Below, in pieces: positions 1 through 9,271 of a stretch of 23,631 nucleotides of DNA. The position numbers and the translations under genes are program-made. The stretch is from a candidate division FCPU426 bacterium. Lineage in GTDB: Bacteria; Oederibacteriota; Muellerivitia; Muellerivitales; Muellerivitaceae. The notes under the pieces are model-generated. The model was given only the letters and a program-made list of their open reading frames with translations, did no database searches and was not told the DNA's origin. Position 1 is the first letter of the stretch. Each line of letters opens with the position of its first letter. The stretch is from the NCBI GenBank assembly GCA_963830915.1, contig CAWHOE010000048.1, forward strand, positions 1 to 23,631, written 5' to 3'.

Positions 1-147
1 TTGTTGCCGGGCGACATCGTCTCTACCGGCACGCCATCGGGGGTCGGCATGGGCCGCACGCCACAGCGCTGGCTCCAACCCGGCGAGACAGTGACCGTCA
101 TGATCGAAGGACTCGGCTCGCTCACCAATCCCGTGGTTGCGGAGTGA
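1..147 (+). CDS. Fumarylacetoacetate (FAA) hydrolase family protein, 3' end only
   Basis: Not in the ORF track. Frame +1 reads [48 protein letters not shown], the typical FAH-family C-terminus (PGDxIxTGTPxGVG...L.PG..V...IEG.G.L.NPV). Confidence 0.93.
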   Translation: MLPGDIVSTGTPSGVGMGRTPQRWLQPGETVTVMIEGLGSLTNPVVAE

Positions 148-185
148 ACTGAATTTCGAAGAGCACCCTCGACGCGAGAAATCGA

Positions 186-464
186 CTACGCGTTTTCCGC
201 GGCAATCTCTTCCGGGTCCATTTGCGATCCAAACCACGCGTATAGTGCGATACCCACAAAGCAAACCGCGGGCACAATGTAGCCGGCGGAGATGCTCACG
301 CGATCGGCCACCCTCCCCATCGCCAACGTAATCAGCGCACCTCCGATGATCGCCATCACAATGCAGGCTGCGCCGCTCTTGGTGCGGGCCCCCAAACCTC
401 TGGTGCCCAACGCGAAAATCGATGGAAACATGGTGGACATCAGGAAGGTCGCGGCGACCAGGGA
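186..464 (-). CDS. FucP-type MFS sugar:H+ symporter, C-terminal fragment truncated at a junction near 460-465
   Basis: FLMSTMFPSIFALGTRGLGARTKSGAACIVMAIIGGA matches the FucP/GluP C-terminal signature (FMSIMFPTIFAL...LG..TK.G...LVMAIVGGA). Upstream of about LVAAT the frame stops looking like a permease. Confidence 0.85.
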   Translation of the reverse strand, partial: SLVAATFLMSTMFPSIFALGTRGLGARTKSGAACIVMAIIGGALITLAMGRVADRVSISAGYIVPAVCFVGIALYAWFGSQMDPEEIAAENA

Positions 465-1968
465 GATTTCGGAAGCCTCGGTGGAGGGTCCCATCAGTTC
501 GGACAGTTCCCTGGCCGTGTCGGGCCGGCGCAGTTATCTTGAGATCCTCGGCAACGCGCTGGGGGATTTCACCCTGGTCCCTACCTTCAGCGACTACCAG
601 GTGAAATACAGCTGGAACCAGTCCAAGAACATCCATTGGGACTTTGAGGCATTCGGGAGCGATGACCAACTGGCCTATACGGTCCTGCCCACGTCCGACC
701 TGGCCCAACACGACCCTGGCTTCGCCGGGACCTTCGAGTTCCATAACGGTTACGACAGCCAGGGCATCAATTACCGGAATATCCTGGGGGACCAGGACAC
801 CCTCCTGGAGACTTTCTACCATTACCGGTTCTTCTTCGATACCCAGTTGGGCAACCAAGGCGTTCATATGGACAATTCGGTCGACGATTTCGGGAATACC
901 TTCGATTGGCTCCACGACTTCGACCCCGATACCCAATTCCGGGCTGGTGTGGATTACGACCATATCACCACCGGGACAGAGGCCTATTCCCCCGTCCTGC
1001 CGGGAGAGGGCCAGCCGAATTTCGACCTGACCACCGCCCCCAAGATCAACGCGCTGGACACGGCCACTTTCAATAACGCGGGTGTATACGCGGACCAGCG
1101 GTTCAAGCTTTTCGAGAAGAAACTGGAATTGTCCGTCGGGGCCCGGTGGGACTTCCAGACGAATAATTCCCAGTCGGAATTCAGCCCCCGGATGTCGGCG
1201 GACTATCAACTCTCGGACCGAACGACCCTGAAGGCTTCCGTCGGATACTATCACCAACTGCTCACCCAGGGCCTCTACCCTTATCTGGACCCGAACCTCG
1301 GCAATCCCAGCCTGGAAACGGAAGAGTGCCTTTCCGAGGTGGTGGGTTGGGAACAGAAACTCGACGACGGGCTATACGCTCGGGTGGAAGCCTACAACAA
1401 GGACCTGTCCAACGTGGTGGTCTCCGCGGACTATCCTGTGAATTTCACGAATGAGGGCACTGGATACGCCAGAGGTGTGGAGTTCTTCCTGCGCTGTCCG
1501 CCCACGGGGCGTTTTTTCGGCTGGGTTTCCTACGCGCTCAGTACCTCCGTGAGGGACAACGGCCCCAACGACACCCATGTGTATGACTTTGACCAGCCCA
1601 ACATCATCACTCTGGTGGCCAATTACAAGGTCAACTCGGGTTGGATCCTGGGGCTCAACTGGCGCTATAACTCCGGTATGCCGGACACACCCATCGTCAG
1701 CTCGACCTATGATTCGGTGAATAAACGGTATCTCCCGGTCTACGGCGCCACCAACTCAGTGCGATTGCCGGATTACCAGAGGCTGGACGTTTCCAGCTCT
1801 TTCCTGACCACCTATGACACCTGGCAATGGAGGTTCTATATCCAGGTCATCAACCTATATAACCACGACAACGTCATCGCATACGATTACAACAACGCTT
1901 ACACTCAGCGCAAGGAACTCAGGGAACTCCCGTTATTGCCCTACATCGGCTTTGAGGTTGTTTATTAA
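462..1968 (+). CDS. TonB-dependent receptor beta-barrel, N-terminally truncated (no signal peptide or plug)
   Basis: Barrel motifs SEASVEGPI...GRRSY, SVGARWD, FSPR, GNPSL, GYARGVE, GWVSY, DFDQP, RLPDYQRLDV, NLYN and an aromatic C-terminus (FEVVY). The first ~56 aa of the 292..1968 ORF are just the antisense of the FucP fragment. Confidence 0.85.
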
Positions 1969-2541
1969 ATGAGAAGCCCAACCCTCATGGGCCGGGGCGA
2001 TACGGGCCTGTTGGTCATCGACCTGCAAGAAAAGCTGATGTCCGCCATCCTCGATCAGGAAAAGGTCCTGGCCCAAACGATCGTACTGGTGGAGGGCGCC
2101 AAGATCCTTGGCATACCCATTCTCGCTACTGAGCAATATCCCAAAGGTCTGGGGCTGACGGTGCCGGGGCTTGTCGAAAGGATACCCAAACCCATCGAGA
2201 AGTTGTCCTTCAGCTGCGTCGCCATGCCCGAGGTGGTGGATTTTTTCCGAAAGAAGAACGTGGGCAAGATATTACTCGCGGGTGTGGAGGCCCATGTGTG
2301 CGTTCTCCAGACCGCGTTGGATCTGATGAAGGAGGGTTTCAAGGTTTTCATCGCGGTCGACGCGGTCGGAAGCCGCCAGGAATTGGACCGAGAAACAGCC
2401 CTGAAGCGAATGGAAAGCGCGGGGGTGGTTATGACCACCGCCGAGACCGCTTTGTTCGAATGGGCCGAGAAGTCGGGAACGCCTGAGTTCAAGCTTGTCA
2501 GCAGGCTGGTGGTAAAAGGCGTCCCCGAGTCCGCCCCTTGA
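1969..2541 (+). CDS. Isochorismatase-family (cysteine) hydrolase
   Basis: LLVIDLQEKL, TEQYPKGLG.TV, EKLSFSC and GVEAHVCVLQTALDL give the D-K-C triad; ATG directly follows the receptor stop. Confidence 0.93.
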   Translation: MRSPTLMGRGDTGLLVIDLQEKLMSAILDQEKVLAQTIVLVEGAKILGIPILATEQYPKGLGLTVPGLVERIPKPIEKLSFSCVAMPEVVDFFRKKNVGKILLAGVEAHVCVLQTALDLMKEGFKVFIAVDAVGSRQELDRETALKRMESAGVVMTTAETALFEWAEKSGTPEFKLVSRLVVKGVPESAP

Positions 2542-2589
2542 AGAGAGCCTTTCTTTTACAAAGCACAATTCCTGGAATAAACTAAGCCT

Positions 2590-4272
2590 ATGAAAGAGAC
2601 CTTTAAGTCCTCCGCTTTTCTAACTTTCCTTTTTTTTACCGTCATTTTTTCTTTTCAAGTCCTGCCTCGTATCCACCGTTATTCCCTGACCTCGGATGAA
2701 CCCACCGACATCACCAACGGATACTATTTCCTCACCCGAGGAGATGTGGCGACGCCGCATAATCATCCGCCCTTGGCCAGTGCGCTACAGTCGTTGCCTT
2801 TATTATTCATGAATTTAAGGGCACAGACTTGTGCTGGTGATGTCCTCGACCGGGGCCATCACTTTCTTTTCGACTGGAATCTCGACAAGTTGGAGTCCAT
2901 TACTCGATATAGCCGTTTGGTCAGTTGGGTTTTGGGTCTGGTTGTTGGTTTTCTCCTCTTTTGGAACTTCAGAAGGGAATCGGTCTGGCTTTGGTTCGCG
3001 CTTTTCCTCTGGTCCTTGGATCCTCTCCTTTCGACCCTTTCAGGTTTAGCCAAGACGGATATCGCCCCCACTCTTTTCTTCTTCTGGTCGATCCTGGCTT
3101 TTCAAAAGGCCCAAAAGTTCATCACACCAGCCATGTCATTGGCCGCTGGCGTTTTAACCGCCATGGCGGTCACCTGTAAGTTCTACGGTCTGGTCCTTAT
3201 CCCGATCTTCATGGCCCTAGAGTTTTTGAACGAAAGGGAAAGGTTCAAGCCAAAGGAAAACTGGAAAACCTTTCCCATTATCCTGAAACGCTGGGGATGG
3301 GGGACTTTAGGGTTTTTCTTGTTCGTTTTTTTGATCTACCTGCCAGGGACCCTGTGTCTTCCGGAACATCGGTTCCCATTGGTCTATTTTTTCAGCAAGC
3401 TGGGGGAAGATATCGCTTATGCCAGCCATCCCTATCCGGTTTATTTCTTGGGGCATGCCGGACTCGAAAGCCACTGGTATTATTTACCGGTCGCCTTCGT
3501 CCTTAAGGAACCCATCCCGTTCCTATTCCTGTTGGTACTGGGCCTGGGTTTGGTTGGCCGAGGAAGGACCACTTTTCCCGCCTGGCTATGGGTCCCGCCC
3601 CTTTTCTTCGCTCTGGCTATCCTTCCTACCCTCAACTTGGGTGTCCGCTACCTGCTGCCGACGTTCCCATTCCTTTTCCTGATCGCGGGAAAAGCGGCGG
3701 CATGGATGTGGCAGTCGGTACAGGGCAAGCATCGAAGAGCCTGTCGGTTGGCTGTCATCGGATTGATGTTGTGGCAGGCCGCCAGTGTGCTGACCCAGAT
3801 CCCCCGCTCCCTCAGCTATTTCAACGACTTCGTTAGGGATGACCAAAAGATCGCATTGCTGGGGGACTCGAACTTGGATTGGGGACAGGATTTGAAGCGT
3901 CTGGCCGGAAAGGCCAAGCGGAGGGGTTGGAAAAAAATAAAGTTGGCCTACCTGGGAGCGGTCGATCCGGAAGTTTATGGGCTGGATTGGGAACCCTGGA
4001 CCCAACAGGACCTTCAAGGGCCTCAACCGGGAACGGTTTACGCGATCAACGCGGGATTCTTCCAACTGGCACCGGTGTCCTATTCACCTACCCGCGTCAT
4101 CGCGGAAAGTTGGATCGGACGGGCACTTCCCACCGGGAGGGTCGGCGACACTTGGTATTATTTCGAGATACCGGGTGAACCAAAGAAAGACATAAAAAGC
4201 CCCTTTCTGTTATCCATCCCGTTCCAGCAATCCCGGGGCTATAGCACTTTTGGAACCAATCCCAAAAGTTAA
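2590..4272 (+). CDS. GT-C fold membrane glycosyltransferase (ArnT/PMT-like)
   Basis: N-terminal TM followed by TSDEP and NHPPL, many TM segments, KTD, KF, HWYYLP, GVRYLLP and a C-terminal DSNLDWGQDL soluble domain. Confidence 0.85.
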   Translation: MKETFKSSAFLTFLFFTVIFSFQVLPRIHRYSLTSDEPTDITNGYYFLTRGDVATPHNHPPLASALQSLPLLFMNLRAQTCAGDVLDRGHHFLFDWNLDKLESITRYSRLVSWVLGLVVGFLLFWNFRRESVWLWFALFLWSLDPLLSTLSGLAKTDIAPTLFFFWSILAFQKAQKFITPAMSLAAGVLTAMAVTCKFYGLVLIPIFMALEFLNERERFKPKENWKTFPIILKRWGWGTLGFFLFVFLIYLPGTLCLPEHRFPLVYFFSKLGEDIAYASHPYPVYFLGHAGLESHWYYLPVAFVLKEPIPFLFLLVLGLGLVGRGRTTFPAWLWVPPLFFALAILPTLNLGVRYLLPTFPFLFLIAGKAAAWMWQSVQGKHRRACRLAVIGLMLWQAASVLTQIPRSLSYFNDFVRDDQKIALLGDSNLDWGQDLKRLAGKAKRRGWKKIKLAYLGAVDPEVYGLDWEPWTQQDLQGPQPGTVYAINAGFFQLAPVSYSPTRVIAESWIGRALPTGRVGDTWYYFEIPGEPKKDIKSPFLLSIPFQQSRGYSTFGTNPKS

Positions 4273-5130
4273 CTAAAGGTCCTTTTTGAAAATGTTGTTA
4301 AGGGCGAAACGGCCTTCTTTATCCAGGAAAGGCTGTAATAGAAGCCGGTCAACCTGTAGTTCCTCCCGCCCATTGAAAATACCCAGGCCTAATTCCATGC
4401 CTTCCTGCCCTTTTTGGGGTTCGGCCCGGTAAGTTCCCAGAAGGCGGTCCCACCAAGTCAGGATAAAACCAAAGTTGTTATTAGTCTCAGCGGGGATCAC
4501 GGAATGATGTATCCGATGCATTTCCGGGGTCACGATGAGCAACCGGAGTGAGCGATCCAGGAACTGGGGCATTCTCACGTTGGAGTGACCGAATACCAAA
4601 CCAACATTCAGTATGATCTCGAAAAGAAAAACCCCGAATACGGGCGCGCCCAGGAGGGCGATGGCCGCCCATTTGAACAATAAGGTGATGAGTATCTCGA
4701 ACGTATGAAAACGGCCCCCGGTGGTGATATCCACTTCCGGGTCGGTGTGGTGGGTGCGGTGGATATTCCAGAGCCAGGGAATGGTGTGATAAAGACGGTG
4801 CAAGTAATACGACATATAGTCCAGGGCGATGACCGTAAAGACGATGGAAAAGAGCAGGGGAACAGGACACCAATGGAATAATCCGAACTGGTGGACAAAG
4901 GCCCAATATCCCGCGGTTAAGGCCGAACCTGGGAAAATGATCTTGAAAATGAGGGTGTTAAGAAAGGCCAATCCCAGGTTGTTAGGCCATCGAATCTTCC
5001 GGGAGAACGTTTGGGTTCGACGGGAAGCATTCCATTCCCAAAATGCCAATCCGATGAACACAATGGTGATATAAAAAAAACCGATGCTCTTTCCATGGGA
5101 AACAATATTCATCAAGGCGTTCTCGTCCAT
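4273..5130 (-). CDS. Sterol desaturase / fatty acid hydroxylase family protein
   Basis: Histidine boxes HRLYH, HRTHH, HSN and HRIHHS, plus NFG...WWDRLLGTY; hydrophobic segments. Confidence 0.92.
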   Translation of the reverse strand: MDENALMNIVSHGKSIGFFYITIVFIGLAFWEWNASRRTQTFSRKIRWPNNLGLAFLNTLIFKIIFPGSALTAGYWAFVHQFGLFHWCPVPLLFSIVFTVIALDYMSYYLHRLYHTIPWLWNIHRTHHTDPEVDITTGGRFHTFEILITLLFKWAAIALLGAPVFGVFLFEIILNVGLVFGHSNVRMPQFLDRSLRLLIVTPEMHRIHHSVIPAETNNNFGFILTWWDRLLGTYRAEPQKGQEGMELGLGIFNGREELQVDRLLLQPFLDKEGRFALNNIFKKDL

Positions 5131-5245
5131 CCATCACCCTCGCGTCTTCAGTTGGGTCACACGACAAAGTATATTCCTGTTCCTGAGTTGAATAAAGGCG
5201 GCCTTTCATGTGGAAAAATGGTATTTAAACCGTCAAAATACGAAT

Positions 5246-7138
5246 ATGACCGAACCATCCCAGTCATCCTACTTCTCTGTCCTCCATCCTCCGCCTCGTC
5301 CCTTGTTGGTCTACGATGGCGATTGCGGTTTTTGCCGAAAGTGGGCTGGCCGATGGAAGGGAATAACCGGGGATAAAGTCGATTATGAACCTTATCAGAA
5401 AGCCGCGGCCTCCTATCCAGAGATACCCATCGAAAATTTCCAAAAAGCGGTTCAGTTGATCGAACCGGATGGGACCGTGACCGGAGGGGCCCAGGCTGTC
5501 TTCAAGACACTGGGAAATAACATTTTTTTGGGATGGACAACCGCCGCCTACGTCAAAATCCCCGGCTTTGCCTTCATCTCCGAGAAGGTTTACGCTTTTG
5601 TGGCTTCCCATCGGAGCTTTTTCTCTTCCGTTGATTCCTGCGGGACGGCGCAGGCCGATGCCCGACCCACCTATCTCATTTCCCGTTGGCTGTTCTTCAA
5701 ATCCCTGGCCCTGGTCTACCTGGTCACCTTCATATCCCTTTGGGCGCAGATCGACGGCCTCATCGGCCGGGATGGGATCCTTCCCCTTGACCTATATTTG
5801 CGGGACATCCAGGAACAACTCGGTGGTTCCGGTTTTTTCTATCTTCCCACCCTCTTTTGGTTCAATGACAGCAGCCTGTTCCTACACTTGGTTTGCGGGG
5901 CGGGGGTAGCATTGTCCATCCTATTGCTTTTCGATCTCGCCCCTTCCCTTTGCCTTCTGGGTCTTTGGGGGCTTTACCTGTCGCTGGTCACGGCCGGACA
6001 GGATTTTCTCGGTTTTCAATGGGATAACCTGGTCCTGGAGGCCGGGTTCCTGGCTTTTCTCGCGGCGCCGATGGAACTCAGGCGTGGAAGCACCAAAACA
6101 GCGCCGTTTTCCCAAGTCATTCTTTGGTTGTTCCAGTGGCTCCTTTTTCGTGTCATGTTCTGCTCGGGAGCGGTCAAGCTAGTCAGCGGTGACCCGACCT
6201 GGAGGGACCTAACAGCCCTTCATTACCATTACCTGACCCAGCCCATGCCCACACCCTTGGCTTGGTTCATGGCCCGGATGCCTATGGGTTTCCATCAAGC
6301 CTCCTGTCTTTTCGTATTCTTCGTGGAATTGATCGTTCCTTTTTTCATCTTCGGCCCGAGGCGATTTAGACCCTGGGCCTTTGGGTTCCTGGTTTCGCTC
6401 CAGGTCCTTATCCTGCTGATGGGTAATTATGGTTACTTCAATTATTTCTGCGCCGCCCTTTGTCTATTCGCCCTGGAGGACGAGGCTTGGCCCGGTTTCG
6501 TCAAGAAATGGTGGGCGAGAGGGGCCATCCTTTCGGACGTGATACCGAAGGTTTGGGTGGGTTGGGCGCCACGAGGGTTCCTTATCTTGGTCCTATTCAT
6601 GACCGGAATCCAATTCCTTCAACTTTTCGGGTTCAGGCACAGGTTGCCTTCGACGGTGGTCGCGGTCTATTCGGTCATTCAACCCTTCCGAACCATCAAT
6701 GGATACGGTCCTTTCGCCGTCATGACCACGACCCGCAATGAGATCGTGGTGATGGGAAGCCGTAATGGAAAAGATTGGAAACCCTACGATTTTAAATACA
6801 AACCCGGGGACCCTGGAGCCGCCCCGGTTTGGATCGCGCCCTATATGCCCCGTCTGGACTGGCAGATGTGGTTCGCGGCGTTAGGAAGCGTTCAAGCCAA
6901 TCCATGGTTGGTCAGGTTTCTTGGGCGACTGTTAGAAACATCCCCGAGCGTCCTGGGCCTATTGAAAAACGATCCTTTTCCCGAAGGCCCACCCAAGTTC
7001 ATCAAAGCGGATTTGTACGAGTACCGGTTTACGACCCCGGAGGAAAAAGCGCAAACTGGCCGTTGGTGGAATCTGGATTATAAGAATCCATACTTACCTC
7101 CGTTCACGATGGAAAATCTTCGTAATCGATTATTTTAA
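5246..7138 (+). CDS. Lipase maturation factor (LMF1) family membrane protein with N-terminal DCC1-like thiol-disulfide oxidoreductase domain
   Basis: N-terminal LVYDGDCGFC (DCC motif). LMF motifs GFQWDNLVLEAGFL, LLFRVMF.SG.VKL, WRDLTALHYHY.TQP.P, YGPFAVMTTTRNE, APYMPRLDWQMWFAAL. Start placed at ATG 5246; GTG 5210 is an alternative. Confidence 0.9.
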   Translation: MTEPSQSSYFSVLHPPPRPLLVYDGDCGFCRKWAGRWKGITGDKVDYEPYQKAAASYPEIPIENFQKAVQLIEPDGTVTGGAQAVFKTLGNNIFLGWTTAAYVKIPGFAFISEKVYAFVASHRSFFSSVDSCGTAQADARPTYLISRWLFFKSLALVYLVTFISLWAQIDGLIGRDGILPLDLYLRDIQEQLGGSGFFYLPTLFWFNDSSLFLHLVCGAGVALSILLLFDLAPSLCLLGLWGLYLSLVTAGQDFLGFQWDNLVLEAGFLAFLAAPMELRRGSTKTAPFSQVILWLFQWLLFRVMFCSGAVKLVSGDPTWRDLTALHYHYLTQPMPTPLAWFMARMPMGFHQASCLFVFFVELIVPFFIFGPRRFRPWAFGFLVSLQVLILLMGNYGYFNYFCAALCLFALEDEAWPGFVKKWWARGAILSDVIPKVWVGWAPRGFLILVLFMTGIQFLQLFGFRHRLPSTVVAVYSVIQPFRTINGYGPFAVMTTTRNEIVVMGSRNGKDWKPYDFKYKPGDPGAAPVWIAPYMPRLDWQMWFAALGSVQANPWLVRFLGRLLETSPSVLGLLKNDPFPEGPPKFIKADLYEYRFTTPEEKAQTGRWWNLDYKNPYLPPFTMENLRNRLF

Positions 7139-7255
7139 TGTCTTTGTTTTATCCATGGATTTACTGGTCCTAACCTTCAAGACCAGCATAAATTCTAGCC
7201 AAATGGACGGGAAAGTGGTTTATTGGTTAAAATCAAAAAAGGGAGTTCGAGAAAT

Positions 7256-8044
7256 ATGCAATGCCCCTTATGCCATTATGAACAGGCGGAAGGCCGCGTT
7301 GATTGCGAGGCCTGTGGTTTAGTTTTCGCGAAATGGAAGAATAAACAGGCCCAAAAGTCAACGGCTTCTACCGCTTCTGAACCCATCAAAAGCAAGGATG
7401 AATCCCCATCAAGGGTTGAAAAGGGATTTACATCCGTTGATGGATTAAGGCTTTATCAGAGACTGGGAAAACTTTACATACAAAATGACAGCCAAGAGGG
7501 GTTGGTCTATTTCCCTTGGGGGGCGGTTTGGAAAGGTTTCAAAGTGGAGGACCCTGAACGATTGGCCAGGATCGAACGCTTGGAGACTATTTTCAGCAGT
7601 ATCCATTGCCCGTTGGTTTCCATCCTGGGTTTGATCAACGTTATGTTTATTAGTTTCTATCCAGCACAAGCCACCGGTTGGTTTTTGTTTCTGATCCTTT
7701 ATCTTGCCGTGGCATATCTGATTTTTGGGTTTCTGTCCACGAGTGTAACCTGGGATCTTTCTTTCTCTAAAGTTAAATTCAACCAGAAAAAGTTCTTGAT
7801 CGGTTTTTTCAAGAGTTTTGATTTAAAACTTCTCATGGATCTGGAGGTTTTGGCTTTGCTTTTGGTATTGTCCTGGACCTGGTTGTTGCTCTCGGGTTCC
7901 ATCACGATATTACTCGTATTTACAACCCCGTTCGTATTGAAATTCTGGATATGGTTTTTTGGGATTCTGTTGATCCTTTCAACCGCGTACTTTTATGTTT
8001 GGGATGGGAAATTGGTTATCAAAAAACTCCTTGGAGGGAAATGA
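7256..8044 (+). CDS. Hypothetical membrane protein with N-terminal zinc ribbon
   Basis: ATG 7256 after GGGAG; CPLC-x11-CEACG zinc ribbon; about four hydrophobic segments in the C-terminal half; stop abuts the next ATG. Confidence 0.7.
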   Translation: MQCPLCHYEQAEGRVDCEACGLVFAKWKNKQAQKSTASTASEPIKSKDESPSRVEKGFTSVDGLRLYQRLGKLYIQNDSQEGLVYFPWGAVWKGFKVEDPERLARIERLETIFSSIHCPLVSILGLINVMFISFYPAQATGWFLFLILYLAVAYLIFGFLSTSVTWDLSFSKVKFNQKKFLIGFFKSFDLKLLMDLEVLALLLVLSWTWLLLSGSITILLVFTTPFVLKFWIWFFGILLILSTAYFYVWDGKLVIKKLLGGK

Positions 8045-9010
8045 ATGATCCCGACTTTTGACATGCCGCCCAAGAAACTGAAGGCCTACCGGGGAACTAA
8101 CCCCAAACCCAAGGACTTTGACCGTTTCTGGGACGCGTCCCTCAAGGAAATGAAAGCGCTGGACCCCAAGATGGAACTGGTGCCAAACCATACCATCCAG
8201 ACGTCCTTCGCCGAATGTTTCGACATGACCTGGACCGGGGTGGGAGGGTCCAGGGTCCACGCCAAATTGCTCCGCCCCAAGGGAGCGGTCAAACCCCACC
8301 CCGCTCTCTGTTTTTTCCATGGTTATTCGGTCTCATCCGAGGATTGGAACGACAAGCTGGGCTATGTGGCGTCCGGGTTCACCTTCGCGGCCATGGATTG
8401 CCGGGGACAGGGCGGGACCTCGGAGGATCGGGGGGGAGTGAAGGGCACCACCTTGAGGGGCCATATCATCCGGGGTCTGGACGATGAGCCGGAGAAATTA
8501 TTGTTCCGCCAGATATTCCTGGACGCGGCCCAGATGGCCGGGTTGGTCATGGCCATGCCCGATGTGGATGAAAAAAGAGTGGGAGCCTTTGGAGGAAGCC
8601 AAGGCGGGGGATTGACCCTGGCTTGCGCCGCCCTGGAACCCAGGATCCGCCGCGCCGCGCCTGTCTATCCTTTCCTCAGCGACTACCAGAGGGCCTGGGA
8701 CCTGGGCCTAGCCAAGAACGCCTACGAGGAATTGGCCTATTATTTCCGAAGATTTGACCCGAACCACGAGCGGGAGATAGAGATCTTCACGAAGCTGGGG
8801 TATATCGACATCCAACACTTGGCGCCCCGCATCAAGGCCGAAGTCCTCATGGCGACCGGTTTGATGGACGAGGTTTGCCCCCCCTCCACCCAGTTCGCGG
8901 TATTCAACAAGATCCGTTCCAAGAAGAGGGTGGTCCTCTATCCCGACTACCAGCATGAATATCTGCCTGGCTTCGGGGATAAGCTCTATCCGTTCATGAT
9001 GGGGATTTAG
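8045..9010 (+). CDS. Acetyl xylan esterase / cephalosporin-C deacetylase (CE7)
   Basis: CE7 signatures P.DFD.FW, FHGY, DCRGQGG, GGSQGGGL, DEVCPPSTQFA and HE; GGAGG RBS upstream. Confidence 0.93.
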   Translation: MIPTFDMPPKKLKAYRGTNPKPKDFDRFWDASLKEMKALDPKMELVPNHTIQTSFAECFDMTWTGVGGSRVHAKLLRPKGAVKPHPALCFFHGYSVSSEDWNDKLGYVASGFTFAAMDCRGQGGTSEDRGGVKGTTLRGHIIRGLDDEPEKLLFRQIFLDAAQMAGLVMAMPDVDEKRVGAFGGSQGGGLTLACAALEPRIRRAAPVYPFLSDYQRAWDLGLAKNAYEELAYYFRRFDPNHEREIEIFTKLGYIDIQHLAPRIKAEVLMATGLMDEVCPPSTQFAVFNKIRSKKRVVLYPDYQHEYLPGFGDKLYPFMMGI

Positions 9011-9200
9011 TGTAGGGGTTCTCGAAACCGGCGGGAAGCGGGACCACATTGCTGTCGTCCCAGACCTCGTAGCCATATAGGTCGGTGGCGACGACGTAAC
9101 CGTGGAATTCACCGCTGGCGCCTGAGAATTTCGGCGAGAGTACGGTCCCGACCTTATTCGTTTTGAAATTCCCGACCCGTTGATTGACGGTAATTGGCAT
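8994..9200 (-). CDS. Small hypothetical protein (68 aa)
   Basis: AAGGAG RBS just upstream of ATG 9200; MPITVNQRVGNFKTNKVGTVLSPKFSGASGEFHGYVVATDLYGYEVWDDSNVVPLPAGFENPYTKSPS fills an otherwise empty gap. Confidence 0.65.
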   Translation of the reverse strand: MPITVNQRVGNFKTNKVGTVLSPKFSGASGEFHGYVVATDLYGYEVWDDSNVVPLPAGFENPYTKSPS

Positions 9201-9271
9201 AAGATTCTCCTTTAGAAATGATCTGTTTTGATGGTAACAAAGTCCCCCCGCAATGGGGGATAAAACGAAAG

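Noticed and set aside
292..461. N-terminal 56 aa of the 558-aa ORF as part of the TonB receptor, or a real overlapping gene pair
   Set aside because: It is the antisense reading of the FucP fragment and has no signal peptide or plug features.
7262..7276. CPLCH as a c-type heme-binding motif and substrate for the nearby Ccs system
   Set aside because: It lies at the extreme N-terminus with no export signal and pairs with a second CxxC, which fits a cytoplasmic zinc ribbon.
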